DNA from: Bacteroidota bacterium
GTDB lineage: Bacteria; Bacteroidota; Bacteroidia; UBA4408
Assembly: GCA_040385525.1 (NCBI GenBank)
Contig: JAZKHE010000004.1
Location: 35,357-99,356, forward strand
DNA length: 64,000 nucleotides
Direction: 5' to 3'
This document shows, piece after piece, positions 48,568-58,745 of the stretch (position 1 is the stretch's first letter; each line of letters starts with the position of its first letter). The position numbers and the translations under genes were made by a program. A model generated the notes under the pieces. That model did not search any database. It was not told the DNA's origin and saw only the letters and a program-made list of their open reading frames with translations.

Positions 48568-50915
48568 TATTCTAGATTTAAAATTTCACGAATTAACCCA
48601 TCACTCAATTCTTCCAATTTTATTATGTCAGCCGTTATTTCTTCAATAGCACGTAATGGTTTGTGGCGGTAAAAATATTTATTAAAACTTATTTCGTAGC
48701 CAATTTTCGTAGCATCTAAGTTTATCCAAGCTTCTGGTACATGTGGTTTAACTTCACGCAAAAAATAGGCGTAAATGTTTTCTTTTAAAGGCATGTTTTC
48801 AAAATCACGCAAATCGCTTTCGGTTTCATACTCTATATACTCGCCTTTTTTGTCGGTTACAAAATAACCGTAATCGCTCAGTTGGTCTTCGGTGCAGCCT
48901 AAGTGCTTTAATGTCACTTTTAATTTATCGCCAGTTAATTTTACAGTTCCCTTTATTACTTTTTCTGCATCTGCATCGTACCAACTAATGGCATTGAGAA
49001 TGGTATTTTTTTCGGAAGAAGATAGTTTTAGTTCTTTGCTTTTTATTATTTTATCTAACTCTAAAATAAAGGCATTAAAATCGTTATACTCTTTAGTACC
49101 AAATACTTTCATTAAATTAGTAGCTAGGTTCAGTAAGTTTAATTGCTTTTCCCAAAGTTCTTTGCTAGTTAAGCTACTTAATTGTTTTGCATTTAAATTG
49201 AGTTCATTTTTCTCTACCCAATCTTTAATATCCTTTTCGTACTTTTTTGTATCTGAATAAATTTTATTTCCGTATGTTTCATAAGCCCATTCCATGGCTT
49301 CACGTAAGCTTTTATCAAAACGTAAAGTGGCAATGCGGTCGGCTGTAAATTGTGCTTTCAAACGCTTAGGACGTTCAATAGTTACTTTGTAATAACCAAA
49401 ATCAGCATTATCAAATACTTTAGCGGCAATACCCTCATCGCCTGTGCGCTCTGCAGTTTTTAATTTTGTGTAAACCTCTAGAATTTCTTTAATGTGCGCG
49501 GGAGAAAACTCACAGTTTTTGTTACCTAAATTTTTTCGCAATTTATGGTACATTAAACCAGCATCAATTAGCTGTACTTTGCCTTTACGCTTTTTGTCTT
49601 TATTATTGGTTAGTACCCAAATATAAGTTGTTATACCCGTATTGTAAAATAGGTTGTTTGGTAATTGTATTATACAATCTAACCAATCGTTTTCAATAAT
49701 ATAGCGGCGTACGTTACTTTCGCCACCACCAGCGTCGCCAGTAAATAAACTAGAACCATTGTGAACTGATGCAATACGGGAACCTAATGGACTTTGTGTT
49801 AATGGTTTCATTTTATTAACCATCTCCATTAAAAATAATAATTGTCCATCAGATGAACGCGGTGTTGCATCAACAGTTTCCTCATTGCCCCAATAATCGG
49901 TTAATGTAATTTGAAAACGTGGGTCGATAATGTCTTTACCATCTTTAATATATTTTTGTTCACTCGCCCATGATTTACCATAGGGAGGATTAGACAACAT
50001 AAAATCAAAAGTAATACCCGCAAATTCATTTGTAGAAAGTGTAGAGCCTACACGAATGTTTTCGGGATTATTCCCCTTAATCATCATATCTGATTTACAG
50101 ATCGCATAGGTTTCATCATTAATTTCTTTTCCGTATAAATACACATCGCCTTTTGCGCGGATTTCTCCGTCTTCGTCCTTTACAAAATTTTGTGATTCTG
50201 TTAACATACCACCGCTGCCACAAGCAGGGTCGTAAATTGTCATTACTGGAGGTAATTTATCTTTAATTGGTTCAAACACGATGTGTGTCATTAAATCAAT
50301 TACTTCACGAGGCGTAAAATGTTCTCCAGCTTCTTCGTTATTTTCTTCGTTAAACTTTCTGATTAATTCTTCAAACACATAACCCATTCCTAAATTAGAA
50401 AGAGGTTGAATTTTTCTTCCGTCAGGATCGTTCTTTTCAAATGGTGTTAAGTTGATGTATGGCGATGTGAATTTTTGTAAAACATCTAACAACACATCTT
50501 TACTAGCCATGTGTTTAATTTGTGTGCGGAGATTGAATTTTTCAATAATCTCTTTTACGTTAGCGCTAAAGCCGTTTAAGTAATCTTCGAAATTGGCTTG
50601 TAATATTTGTTGGCTATTAGTTGCTGTATCATGCAAGCGCTGTAAAGTCCATTCACTTGTGTTGTAAAATACATAACCAGAAGCTTGTCTTAATCCGTTT
50701 TCGTCCCACTCTGTAAAGCCTGCTTCATCGCGTTGAAAAGTTATTTCCTCCATTACAGCATCCTTAGTGTATTCTAGCAAAGCGTCTAAGCGACGTAACA
50801 CCACCATTGGTAAAATGACATCACGGTATTTGCCTCGCACATAAACATCGCGAAGGCAATCATCAGCAATTGACCAGATAAACGAAACTAATTTGTTATG
50901 GGATGAGTTATTCAT
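48567..50915 (-). CDS. hsdM: Type I R-M N6-adenine DNA methyltransferase (HsdM), long form with a ~280-aa C-terminal extension.
   Basis: N-terminal HsdM domain. Motif I DPACGSGGML. Motif IV NPPYG (SNPPYGKSW). 782 aa, versus ~500-550 for a typical HsdM. Confidence 0.85.
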   Translation of the reverse strand: MNNSSHNKLVSFIWSIADDCLRDVYVRGKYRDVILPMVVLRRLDALLEYTKDAVMEEITFQRDEAGFTEWDENGLRQASGYVFYNTSEWTLQRLHDTATNSQQILQANFEDYLNGFSANVKEIIEKFNLRTQIKHMASKDVLLDVLQKFTSPYINLTPFEKNDPDGRKIQPLSNLGMGYVFEELIRKFNEENNEEAGEHFTPREVIDLMTHIVFEPIKDKLPPVMTIYDPACGSGGMLTESQNFVKDEDGEIRAKGDVYLYGKEINDETYAICKSDMMIKGNNPENIRVGSTLSTNEFAGITFDFMLSNPPYGKSWASEQKYIKDGKDIIDPRFQITLTDYWGNEETVDATPRSSDGQLLFLMEMVNKMKPLTQSPLGSRIASVHNGSSLFTGDAGGGESNVRRYIIENDWLDCIIQLPNNLFYNTGITTYIWVLTNNKDKKRKGKVQLIDAGLMYHKLRKNLGNKNCEFSPAHIKEILEVYTKLKTAERTGDEGIAAKVFDNADFGYYKVTIERPKRLKAQFTADRIATLRFDKSLREAMEWAYETYGNKIYSDTKKYEKDIKDWVEKNELNLNAKQLSSLTSKELWEKQLNLLNLATNLMKVFGTKEYNDFNAFILELDKIIKSKELKLSSSEKNTILNAISWYDADAEKVIKGTVKLTGDKLKVTLKHLGCTEDQLSDYGYFVTDKKGEYIEYETESDLRDFENMPLKENIYAYFLREVKPHVPEAWINLDATKIGYEISFNKYFYRHKPLRAIEEITADIIKLEELSDGLIREILNLE

Positions 50916-50923
50916 GAAATTTT

Positions 50924-51127
50924 TTATTTAGTAGTTTTTGAAATTTGAGAAATTAATTCTCTTGGTTCAACATTTAGTAATTGACCTATTTTAAACAATA
51001 TTTCAATACTTGGCTGGCTTCTATTCTGTGCATATGAATTAACCATATTATAACTTTTACCGAGCTTTTCAGCTAACCAAATTTGTGTTTGCCCTTGTTT
51101 TTCAAGAACCTCTTTAATACGATTCAT
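50924..51127 (-). CDS. Small XRE-family HTH regulator (possible R-M controller protein).
   Basis: 67 aa. HTH QIWLAEKLGKSYNMVNSYAQN. Immediately upstream of hsdM. Confidence 0.6.
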   Translation of the reverse strand: MNRIKEVLEKQGQTQIWLAEKLGKSYNMVNSYAQNRSQPSIEILFKIGQLLNVEPRELISQISKTTK

Positions 51128-51368
51128 TATAGTTTTATATAATTAGATAAATATACATGAAATAGTTTTATATCTCGTTATTCGAGATATTAATTTATCA
51201 ATCTCATGTAAAAAACCAATTATAAAAAGTAATAAAACACAATTAGAAGCTTGCTTTTCTTGAAAAAACGTCATCAAATTTTGACATTATAGAATAATAT
51301 AATTACATGACAAAAAAGGGAAAAAGTAATTAATTCAAGAATTTAAACGTTATATATTTTCAAAAAAA

Positions 51369-52448
51369 CTATTTTTTAATTAGAAAAGTTGACCATCCAA
51401 ATTTATCATTTTTAACTTTCCATATAAATCCATCAATAAAATAATGCAATATTTGAGGCATAGAGAGTAATGGAATTAGCAATGATAATACATCTGAATT
51501 GTTAGATAAATCAGGCAAAAAATAGGTTGTAGGGAAAATTGAAAAGTGCTCTTTCCAAACTAAACCATCCCACAACATTTCTTCAAAATAAGCTAATAAC
51601 AAAACAAGAGCTATAAATAATAAAATGTATTTTACTTTAAATAATTTACTCAGCAATGTTTGTTTAGATTCAATAATTTTTGACTTATTGCCATATGCCC
51701 AAACTAAAGCATAATAAGGAATTCCGTGGCTTACTACATTTAAAAAAGTAAAAGTTAAATCGCCTTTAAAATAAACTATTCCAAAATACCACGAAACTAT
51801 AGTACCAATTATTATTAGATTTTTAGCTAGGTTAAATTCTTTATTTTTAATACTAAAAAAAAACTCTTTAGCAAAATATAGAATTAATACAGTTACAAAA
51901 ATTAAGAAGAAAAAGGGAATTAAAACAGGTTTATCTAAATAAAAAAAATCGTTCTCTACAAACCAATTAAAATCTAATTTTCCGTTTAAATGCCAATATA
52001 AAATAGGATATATTGTGGCTGAATAAATGGTAATAGTATCAATAATTCTACTGAGTTTTGATACATCATTACGAGCGTACAATCTCATAAAACCATACTG
52101 TTGCCTTATAAAATGAAAAACAGCTAAATAGGTAATGCATCTCCAAAAAAATATTGAGTCGGTTGAATGAAGTACAACGCCAACAATGTATAATACTATT
52201 GGACTAAAGTAAAAAAGTAATTTGTTTTTATTTAACGTTTCTTTATCTAAATACGTTCTATAAATAGTGGTGTAAACATGCCCAACATCGATACATAAAA
52301 CCAATACAAACCAAACTAACTGATTACTTTCGTGGGTTTCAAAAAAACTAGGAAAAATTACAATCAGCAAAAGGCAAACAAATGGAGGAAGTAGAATAAA
52401 AGCCAAATCAAAGCCTTTCGATTTTATCCAATTATTTTTATAATTCAT
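51369..52448 (-). CDS. Polytopic integral membrane protein (~9 TM), unknown function. Last gene of the polyamine-like operon.
   Basis: 359 aa. Conserved His-containing motifs (IDVGHVYTT, VFHFIRQQYGF). Overlaps the upstream gene by 1 nt. Confidence 0.45.
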   Translation of the reverse strand: MNYKNNWIKSKGFDLAFILLPPFVCLLLIVIFPSFFETHESNQLVWFVLVLCIDVGHVYTTIYRTYLDKETLNKNKLLFYFSPIVLYIVGVVLHSTDSIFFWRCITYLAVFHFIRQQYGFMRLYARNDVSKLSRIIDTITIYSATIYPILYWHLNGKLDFNWFVENDFFYLDKPVLIPFFFLIFVTVLILYFAKEFFFSIKNKEFNLAKNLIIIGTIVSWYFGIVYFKGDLTFTFLNVVSHGIPYYALVWAYGNKSKIIESKQTLLSKLFKVKYILLFIALVLLLAYFEEMLWDGLVWKEHFSIFPTTYFLPDLSNNSDVLSLLIPLLSMPQILHYFIDGFIWKVKNDKFGWSTFLIKK

Positions 52449-54085
52449 TATTTGGTATTATTTAAAACACTTTTTGCAGCACAAATACCTCTATAAAAAG
52501 CCTGCTCAAATATTGAAATTCCGCTTACATCAGAATTTGCAAAGTAAATATTATCAAATCCATTTTCTAGAATTTGTCGAGATTTAGAGCTTCTAAAACC
52601 AACTTTTGGGCTTATCATTCCATGTCCCCAAACTACTATTTGTATTTCTTCTATTAAGTTTTCTATTTTTAAATGTGCGTTTTTTAAGTCTTCAATAATA
52701 AATGATTTCCAATAATTTTCGTCTTTTTCTCTAATTTTATTTCTTTCAATTTTAGATGATTCCTCCGAAAAATTATAATAGTAGGTAATAACGGTTCTTT
52801 TGTCATCACTATTAAAATTTTGATGGCAAGCATTTACATAACCAAGAGATTTTGAGCCATAAATCACATTGTCCCAAGATAGTTCTTGAGAGCCATTTAA
52901 CTCTAACTTATTATTGATTGTAATACTCGCTACTATCCATGGATAGTAGTTAAAGTCATCAAAATTTAAATTGGTTTTAAAATCAAAAATATTTTTGTTT
53001 ACAAATTGTGGTGTTGCTAAAATCAAATTTTCACACTCGTATTCAATACTTTCATTTTTAACTAAATCATACACATAACATTTAGTTTTGTTTTCAATTT
53101 TTTTAACCTTATAAACTATATGTTGTGTTTTAATTTTGTCGTTTAATTCAGCAGACAATTTTTTTACAAGAAAATTATTTCCCTCGGGCCAAGTTAATAA
53201 CTCATGATTTGCAGCATTAGCAGCTTTTCCGTTACGAGATGAAAAATAATGAAAAACAGCCCATGCAGAAGTATTTTTTATATTAGTTCCAAAATCATCT
53301 TTACAACAATAATCTAAATACCATAAAATAAAATTCGATTTAAAATTATTCTGTTTTAAATAATCAAATATTGAAATTTTATCTAATTGCAAATATTTTT
53401 CATCGTTACTGCTTAACTCTAAGGGAATAGTAAATGCTGGCTTATTATCAGTACCTATTGCATTTTTAAATTCTTCTGTAATTTTTAAAAATCGAAGTAA
53501 CTCTTCTTTTTCAATCTCATTCAATCCATTATCTGGAGGAATTCCATCTTGCCAAATACCTTTAAAATAAATACGTTCTTGTGGCTCAAAACACAAGTAA
53601 TATTCATTGTATATTGGTAATCCATCAGAATTAAAGCCAGTTATAATTTTACTTTCTACTAAAAAATCAATTAGTTCTTTAAAATTAACAGTTGGTATTG
53701 GCAAATAATGTGCACCCATCGGAAATTCAGATACATTATTTTTACCCGCTTTAGAATTGCCTCCAATAACTGAATCTAATTCCAAAATTAAAAAATCAGT
53801 TTTATTATTTTTAAGTAGATGTCTTGCAGCACTCAACCCTCCTATTCCAGACCCAACAATTAGTGTATTAATTTTTTTACTTGTAATTGGTTCAGGAAAT
53901 TTATTTTGCCTAATTAAATGGCCTACTTTAGGATCAGAACCAATAAATGCTAATTTAATTTGACGCTTATCAAACAATGAACACGAGCTTAAATAAGGAA
54001 CTGCTAATAGCATTGAAGATAGTTTTAAAAACTTTCTTCTGTTTACAGCATTCAAACTATTGAACTTTTCCCCACTCATCTTCAA
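52448..54085 (-). CDS. Tat-exported FAD/NAD(P)-binding amine-oxidase-like oxidoreductase.
   Basis: Twin-arginine signal NRRKFLKLSSMLLAVPYLSSC. Rossmann dinucleotide motif LIVGSGIGGLSAARHL. 545 aa. Confidence 0.6.
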   Translation of the reverse strand: MKMSGEKFNSLNAVNRRKFLKLSSMLLAVPYLSSCSLFDKRQIKLAFIGSDPKVGHLIRQNKFPEPITSKKINTLIVGSGIGGLSAARHLLKNNKTDFLILELDSVIGGNSKAGKNNVSEFPMGAHYLPIPTVNFKELIDFLVESKIITGFNSDGLPIYNEYYLCFEPQERIYFKGIWQDGIPPDNGLNEIEKEELLRFLKITEEFKNAIGTDNKPAFTIPLELSSNDEKYLQLDKISIFDYLKQNNFKSNFILWYLDYCCKDDFGTNIKNTSAWAVFHYFSSRNGKAANAANHELLTWPEGNNFLVKKLSAELNDKIKTQHIVYKVKKIENKTKCYVYDLVKNESIEYECENLILATPQFVNKNIFDFKTNLNFDDFNYYPWIVASITINNKLELNGSQELSWDNVIYGSKSLGYVNACHQNFNSDDKRTVITYYYNFSEESSKIERNKIREKDENYWKSFIIEDLKNAHLKIENLIEEIQIVVWGHGMISPKVGFRSSKSRQILENGFDNIYFANSDVSGISIFEQAFYRGICAAKSVLNNTK

Positions 54086-55571
54086 AATAATGTATCAATA
54101 TTTGATTATTTAGCTTATTTATTTCAGTTTGTACATAGCCAATATCTTTGGGAAAATTTATCATTTCTGCAAACTGTTTTTCTTCATAAAATTTTAAATC
54201 TTTAGGCAAAAAAAAGTTTTCTTTATCTAATTCATTATAGGCCAAAACATATCCCCAATCGCCAAATGATGGTAAGTATAGATGATATGGAATAGTTTGA
54301 AAACCAAGTGATGCAATTGTATTGTTTATACACCAGTATGATTTTCTTGCAAAAAAAGGTGAAGTACTCTGAACAACAAATAAACCACCTTGGTTTAGTA
54401 CTTTTTTAATTTCTTTATAAAACATTGTAGAATACAATTTTCCAACAGAAAAATTTGATGGATCGGGAAAATCTATAATAATAAAATCAAATTTTTCTTT
54501 TGTTTCTTTTATCCATTTAAAGGCATCAGTATTAATTACTTGTAATTTACTACTTGATAAAGAGTTATTGTTTAGTTTTTTTAAAGGTTCGGATGTATTG
54601 AATAAATGTGTTATAGAGTTATCCAAATCAATTAATTTAATTGATTTTACACTAGGGTATTTTAAAACTTCTCTTAATGCTAATCCATCGCCACCACCAA
54701 GTATTAATATATTTTCTGGGTTTTTAATTTTTGACAATCCGGGATGTACCAATGCTTCGTGATACCTGTACTCATCATTCGAACTAAATTGTAAATTGTT
54801 ATTTAAATATAATTTTGTTACTCCTTTTTCGCTAGTTAAAATTATTCTTTGGTAAGGCGAAGATTTGCTGAAAATAATATTTTCATTAAACGAAATTGTT
54901 TCTGCCATACTTTGAATTTTATTTGAAAATACAAAGCCTAACAACAAGATTAATGTTACTATTAAAGCCTGTGTTTTAAGGAATTTTACGTACTTAATTT
55001 CTTCTTCAAATCTAAAACACAAAATAATTGAAACTACAACATTTAGTATTCCAAAAAAGTAAGACGTTTTTAATAATCCCATGTATGGAATCATGAAAAG
55101 TGGAAACAAAATGGAAGCAAATAGTGCACCTATATAATCAAATGTAAATACCTTAGAAACTAAATCTCCAAATTCAATTTTATCTTTTAAAATTTTCATT
55201 AGAATAGGTATTTCCAAGCCAACTAAGGTTCCAGTTAGCATAATTAAAAAGTAAAGAATAATTTCAAAACCAGCAACTTGTTCAAATGCAAAAAATAAAA
55301 TAGTTGAACTAACTCCTCCAACTATACCTACCAAAATTTCGATTTGAATAAACCAAACTAGTAAATTCTTTTTAAAATACTTTGAAATGAACGACCCTAT
55401 ACCCATTGAAAAAAGGTAAAGACCAATAATAATAGAAAATTGTGTAACTGAGTCTCCTAATAGATAACTAGCTAAAGTACCTGCAATTAATTCGTAAATT
55501 AATCCACAAGTAGCAATAATAAAAACAGAGATTAGTAATAAAAAACTATCGTTTTTATTAGATTTTTCCAT
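54057..55571 (-). CDS. Membrane-anchored spermidine-synthase-family aminopropyltransferase-like protein (N-terminal ~8-TM domain + C-terminal SpeE-like domain).
   Basis: C-terminal ILILGGGDGLALREVLKYPSVKSIKLIDLD, the SpeE GGGDGG motif region. N-terminal half is hydrophobic. Confidence 0.65.
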   Translation of the reverse strand: MEKSNKNDSFLLLISVFIIATCGLIYELIAGTLASYLLGDSVTQFSIIIGLYLFSMGIGSFISKYFKKNLLVWFIQIEILVGIVGGVSSTILFFAFEQVAGFEIILYFLIMLTGTLVGLEIPILMKILKDKIEFGDLVSKVFTFDYIGALFASILFPLFMIPYMGLLKTSYFFGILNVVVSIILCFRFEEEIKYVKFLKTQALIVTLILLLGFVFSNKIQSMAETISFNENIIFSKSSPYQRIILTSEKGVTKLYLNNNLQFSSNDEYRYHEALVHPGLSKIKNPENILILGGGDGLALREVLKYPSVKSIKLIDLDNSITHLFNTSEPLKKLNNNSLSSSKLQVINTDAFKWIKETKEKFDFIIIDFPDPSNFSVGKLYSTMFYKEIKKVLNQGGLFVVQSTSPFFARKSYWCINNTIASLGFQTIPYHLYLPSFGDWGYVLAYNELDKENFFLPKDLKFYEEKQFAEMINFPKDIGYVQTEINKLNNQILIHYFEDEWGKVQ

Positions 55572-55786
55572 TAACCTCTTATCGCTGAAGAAATAATAAT
55601 TCCAATTGCTAAAATAAATGCAGCAGCAATAATAGCTAGTGCCTTATTTTGTTTTTCAAAAATTTCTTTTCTAATATTTTCAGGTGTTATTACTTCAATT
55701 ATCCAAAAAGCGAACAATAGAATCAAAATTCCTAAAATAGAGTATACAACGGCAGTGCCAATGTATTGTAAATGTAGTGCTTCCAT
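55571..55786 (-). CDS. DUF350-family small membrane protein.
   Basis: 71 aa, two TM helices (MEALHLQYIGTAVVYSILGILILLFAFWIIE...). DUF350 is commonly found next to SpeE-like genes. Confidence 0.5.
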   Translation of the reverse strand: MEALHLQYIGTAVVYSILGILILLFAFWIIEVITPENIRKEIFEKQNKALAIIAAAFILAIGIIISSAIRG

Positions 55787-55804
55787 ATTAAATTTATTTA
55801 TTAA

Positions 55805-56008
55805 TTATTTATGATAATGCGTATTTGTTCTTTCTCTAGAATGGCTAGATTCATTAAAACTTAAAAATCTCCATCCAACAATCATTGAATAGATATATAT
55901 TAAAATTAATATCAAACAAAATATTAAATAATATTTAAGTGCTTTTATATCTTCTAAATCAATCTTCATAAGGAGAATAGTTACTATTATACCATCTATT
56001 TTCTTCAA
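55805..56008 (-). CDS. Possible small membrane protein (uncertain; overlaps the upstream gene by 50 nt).
   Basis: 67-aa ORF with one hydrophobic helix. May be a spurious ORF. Confidence 0.2.
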   Translation of the reverse strand: MKKIDGIIVTILLMKIDLEDIKALKYYLIFCLILILIYIYSMIVGWRFLSFNESSHSRERTNTHYHK

Positions 56009-57221
56009 ATTTTCTTTGCTTATAAAAATAATACGCTGGGAAAATTGCCATTAGTATTAATAAAATTAAACCATTAGAGGAAATAAAAACATCTCTTGTT
56101 AATGTTATTCCTATTGACATGTTGTTTAAAGAAGTTGGTTTTTCTGGACGAATTATTAAATAATACGTTCCTTCTGGTACTGATGACGCTACTTTTGACG
56201 ACCAATTTGTTCCTTCACTCCAACTTTCTCCATCAGTATAACCGTGGTAATATTCTGCTTCTAATTCAAAATCATAAACATCTCCTGTTTTTTCATTAAC
56301 TAGCGTTGCTCCTGCATAAATCCATGAATTAAATACGGATGTTACCATCGTTATTTCAACATTTTTGGTACCATGTTTTAACTCAAAAGAATTAGTATAG
56401 TAATCTTTACCTGTAGTAGAATCATTTACATTTATGTAGTTTTTAAAGACAACTTCCTCTTTAGCTAAACCATCAAAAACAACTTGCATAGTACCCCAAA
56501 TTAATGCCAATAAAATTAAAACTTGCTTAAAAAATTTAGTTTTAAATTTTGCAACATAGGGTTGTATTTGTCCAACACCAATTCTATCTGGAACATCAAC
56601 AAGATTGAATCCGTTTTTAATTTGATTTGGAGCATAATATTCGCCTTTTAACCAAACTAGATTATCTTCAGTTTTTTCGCTAGTAATTATGTATGGAGGC
56701 AATATAAATTCTTCAATTTGTGGTTTTTCATCAGGAGAAAAATTAAATAAAAATTCTCCAACAGCTCCATCAACTTTAGATCTATATCTCGAATACAATT
56801 CAAACCGTTCATTATTTAAATAAGCTGATCTACCTTCAACATTTGGTATCTCAGTAATTTCTTTTAACAGCATCCAATGCCCGTTATACATTGTTAAATA
56901 TGCTAAACCATAAATTGGATTAAACAATGTATACTCATGCCAAGAATAATCTGTTCCACTTTCCTTTTTAAGTACAAAAGATAATGTAATATATTTTATC
57001 TTATCAATTACCCCAATAGTACCTATATCAATTATTGGTTTTTCTTTTAGTGGCTTTAGTTTCTTAAAAGATTTAATAAACCATCCATCGTAATAATTGT
57101 ATACACAAGAGCATTTAGGACAAATTACATTGTAACTTGATGAACCTAAATAAGTTTCAATAACAGCATTACATTCGCTGCAATTCTTAATTTCTTTTTT
57201 TATTTCAGAAAAAGTACTCAA
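55959..57221 (-). CDS. Zinc-ribbon + DUF4178-like protein with two TM segments.
   Basis: N-terminal CSEC...CPKC zinc ribbon. TM helices near residue 230 and at the C-terminus. The domain order parallels the next gene. Confidence 0.5.
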   Translation of the reverse strand: MSTFSEIKKEIKNCSECNAVIETYLGSSSYNVICPKCSCVYNYYDGWFIKSFKKLKPLKEKPIIDIGTIGVIDKIKYITLSFVLKKESGTDYSWHEYTLFNPIYGLAYLTMYNGHWMLLKEITEIPNVEGRSAYLNNERFELYSRYRSKVDGAVGEFLFNFSPDEKPQIEEFILPPYIITSEKTEDNLVWLKGEYYAPNQIKNGFNLVDVPDRIGVGQIQPYVAKFKTKFFKQVLILLALIWGTMQVVFDGLAKEEVVFKNYINVNDSTTGKDYYTNSFELKHGTKNVEITMVTSVFNSWIYAGATLVNEKTGDVYDFELEAEYYHGYTDGESWSEGTNWSSKVASSVPEGTYYLIIRPEKPTSLNNMSIGITLTRDVFISSNGLILLILMAIFPAYYFYKQRKFEENRWYNSNYSPYED

Positions 57222-57222
57222 G

Positions 57223-57873
57223 TTATAACCAATTATTATTATTGATATTTTCTAAATTTAATTCATTAATATTTACTTTCTTCCCCAAATTTATTTCAAC
57301 GTTTTCTTTATCAAAAATAGTAATAGTAGCTATCTCATCACCTAATTCAGAAAGCATATCGAAAATAAAAAATTGAGTAGGGTTTACGCTGTTTAATTCA
57401 ATCTGACCTTCAAATAAAAATTCAATTTGTTTTGAAATACAGTTTATAACAAAATTTTTATCATTAAATTTTATTTTGCTTTCTGCTTTTTTAAATTTTA
57501 CATTCTCAGTTATAAATTTCTTATTATCATTATCAAAAATATAATAACTACCCTGTACTTCAACAAGCCATTTCTTAGTCTCATCAGAAAATAGAATCAT
57601 CCATTCATTTGAAATATAATAAGAATTAACGCTTCTAACATAACCAATAATTTCAAATGATTTGTTTTGGTACCTGCCTAAATCACCAATTTTTAAAAGT
57701 GAAAAGAAATTTAAACTATTATATTTAATACCTAAATCATTAATCTTTTCAGACGAAAAAACTTCAAAAGAATTGTTACACTTACTACATCTAAAAGCAA
57801 ATGGAAAATCAATTTTTTGGTAAATAATTGATTTACATGATGGACAATCTATTTTTGAAGTAACAGATACCAT
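57223..57873 (-). CDS. Zinc-ribbon + DUF4178-like protein.
   Basis: N-terminal CPSC...CSKC zinc ribbon. 216 aa. Separated by 1 nt from the downstream paralog. Confidence 0.5.
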   Translation of the reverse strand: MVSVTSKIDCPSCKSIIYQKIDFPFAFRCSKCNNSFEVFSSEKINDLGIKYNSLNFFSLLKIGDLGRYQNKSFEIIGYVRSVNSYYISNEWMILFSDETKKWLVEVQGSYYIFDNDNKKFITENVKFKKAESKIKFNDKNFVINCISKQIEFLFEGQIELNSVNPTQFFIFDMLSELGDEIATITIFDKENVEINLGKKVNINELNLENINNNNWL

Positions 57874-57876
57874 AAA

Positions 57877-58236
57877 TTAACGATTTAATTTTACTGTATT
57901 TATTTCTACTCCACCTAGAAGTTTTATTAATTCATTATGAATTGATTCAACAATTATGTCATTTTCTTTAAGGTAATTGCTTAGAAAAACATCAAATGTA
58001 ACTTTATTAAACTCTGGCCAAGTGTGAATTGATATATGCGATTCCGTTAAACAAATTACAGCTGTATAACCACTATTTTCAAACTCATGATATATTTCTC
58101 CAACATTAACCAATCCATTAGCTGATATAGCATTATTAAAAAAACGCTTAACAATTGAAGAGTCCTTCAATATTTCAGGGTTGCTAACACTAAAATCAGA
58201 AATAATATGGAGGCCTTTTTTATACAAATTATTCAC
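57877..58236 (-). CDS. speH: S-adenosylmethionine decarboxylase proenzyme, small pyruvoyl-dependent SpeH/SpeD class.
   Basis: 119 aa with the autoprocessing/active-site block LTESHISIHTWPE. Confidence 0.7.
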   Translation of the reverse strand: MNNLYKKGLHIISDFSVSNPEILKDSSIVKRFFNNAISANGLVNVGEIYHEFENSGYTAVICLTESHISIHTWPEFNKVTFDVFLSNYLKENDIIVESIHNELIKLLGGVEINTVKLNR

Positions 58237-58373
58237 TCAAAATCATTTACAAACAAAACTAATATTATATTTTAATTTTATAAGAATAATCTAAATTTAA
58301 TTACTAAAAAACATAACGCTCAGGCGTTTGGCGGTGCTTGGCTGCTTTGTTTCTCAATTATTTTTATTATTAA

Positions 58374-58631
58374 TTATCTATCTGTCTCACTTTTGTATTT
58401 TTGTATTTCGGCAGCACTAATCATCTTATAGCGCTGTTTCCCTCCAAGAGTAGCTATACGACCCTTGCGTATATGAAATAATATACCCTGTCGCGTTAAC
58501 CCGAGCTCTTTTGCAGCCTCTTCTGTAGTTAACATAGTTTGAGCTATTTTCAACTGCTTAAACTGCTCAAATTCATTCCTAAGCTCATCAAGAGCCAATT
58601 TTAGTTCTTTAATTTCTTCTTCTGTTTTCAT
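58374..58631 (-). CDS. Excisionase-like HTH DNA-binding protein (Xis/AlpA-type).
   Basis: 85 aa. N-terminal coiled coil, then HTH TTEEAAKELGLTRQGILFHIRKGRI. Sits between the repressor and the cargo. Confidence 0.55.
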   Translation of the reverse strand: MKTEEEIKELKLALDELRNEFEQFKQLKIAQTMLTTEEAAKELGLTRQGILFHIRKGRIATLGGKQRYKMISAAEIQKYKSETDR

Positions 58632-58745
58632 TTTATTTTCATTTTTTTGTCAAAAATATGACATATTATTCATACTTTTGACATAGAAATTAACAAAAAG
58701 CATTTCAATATTTCATTTAAAACACAATCAAGTTAAACTAAAGTC

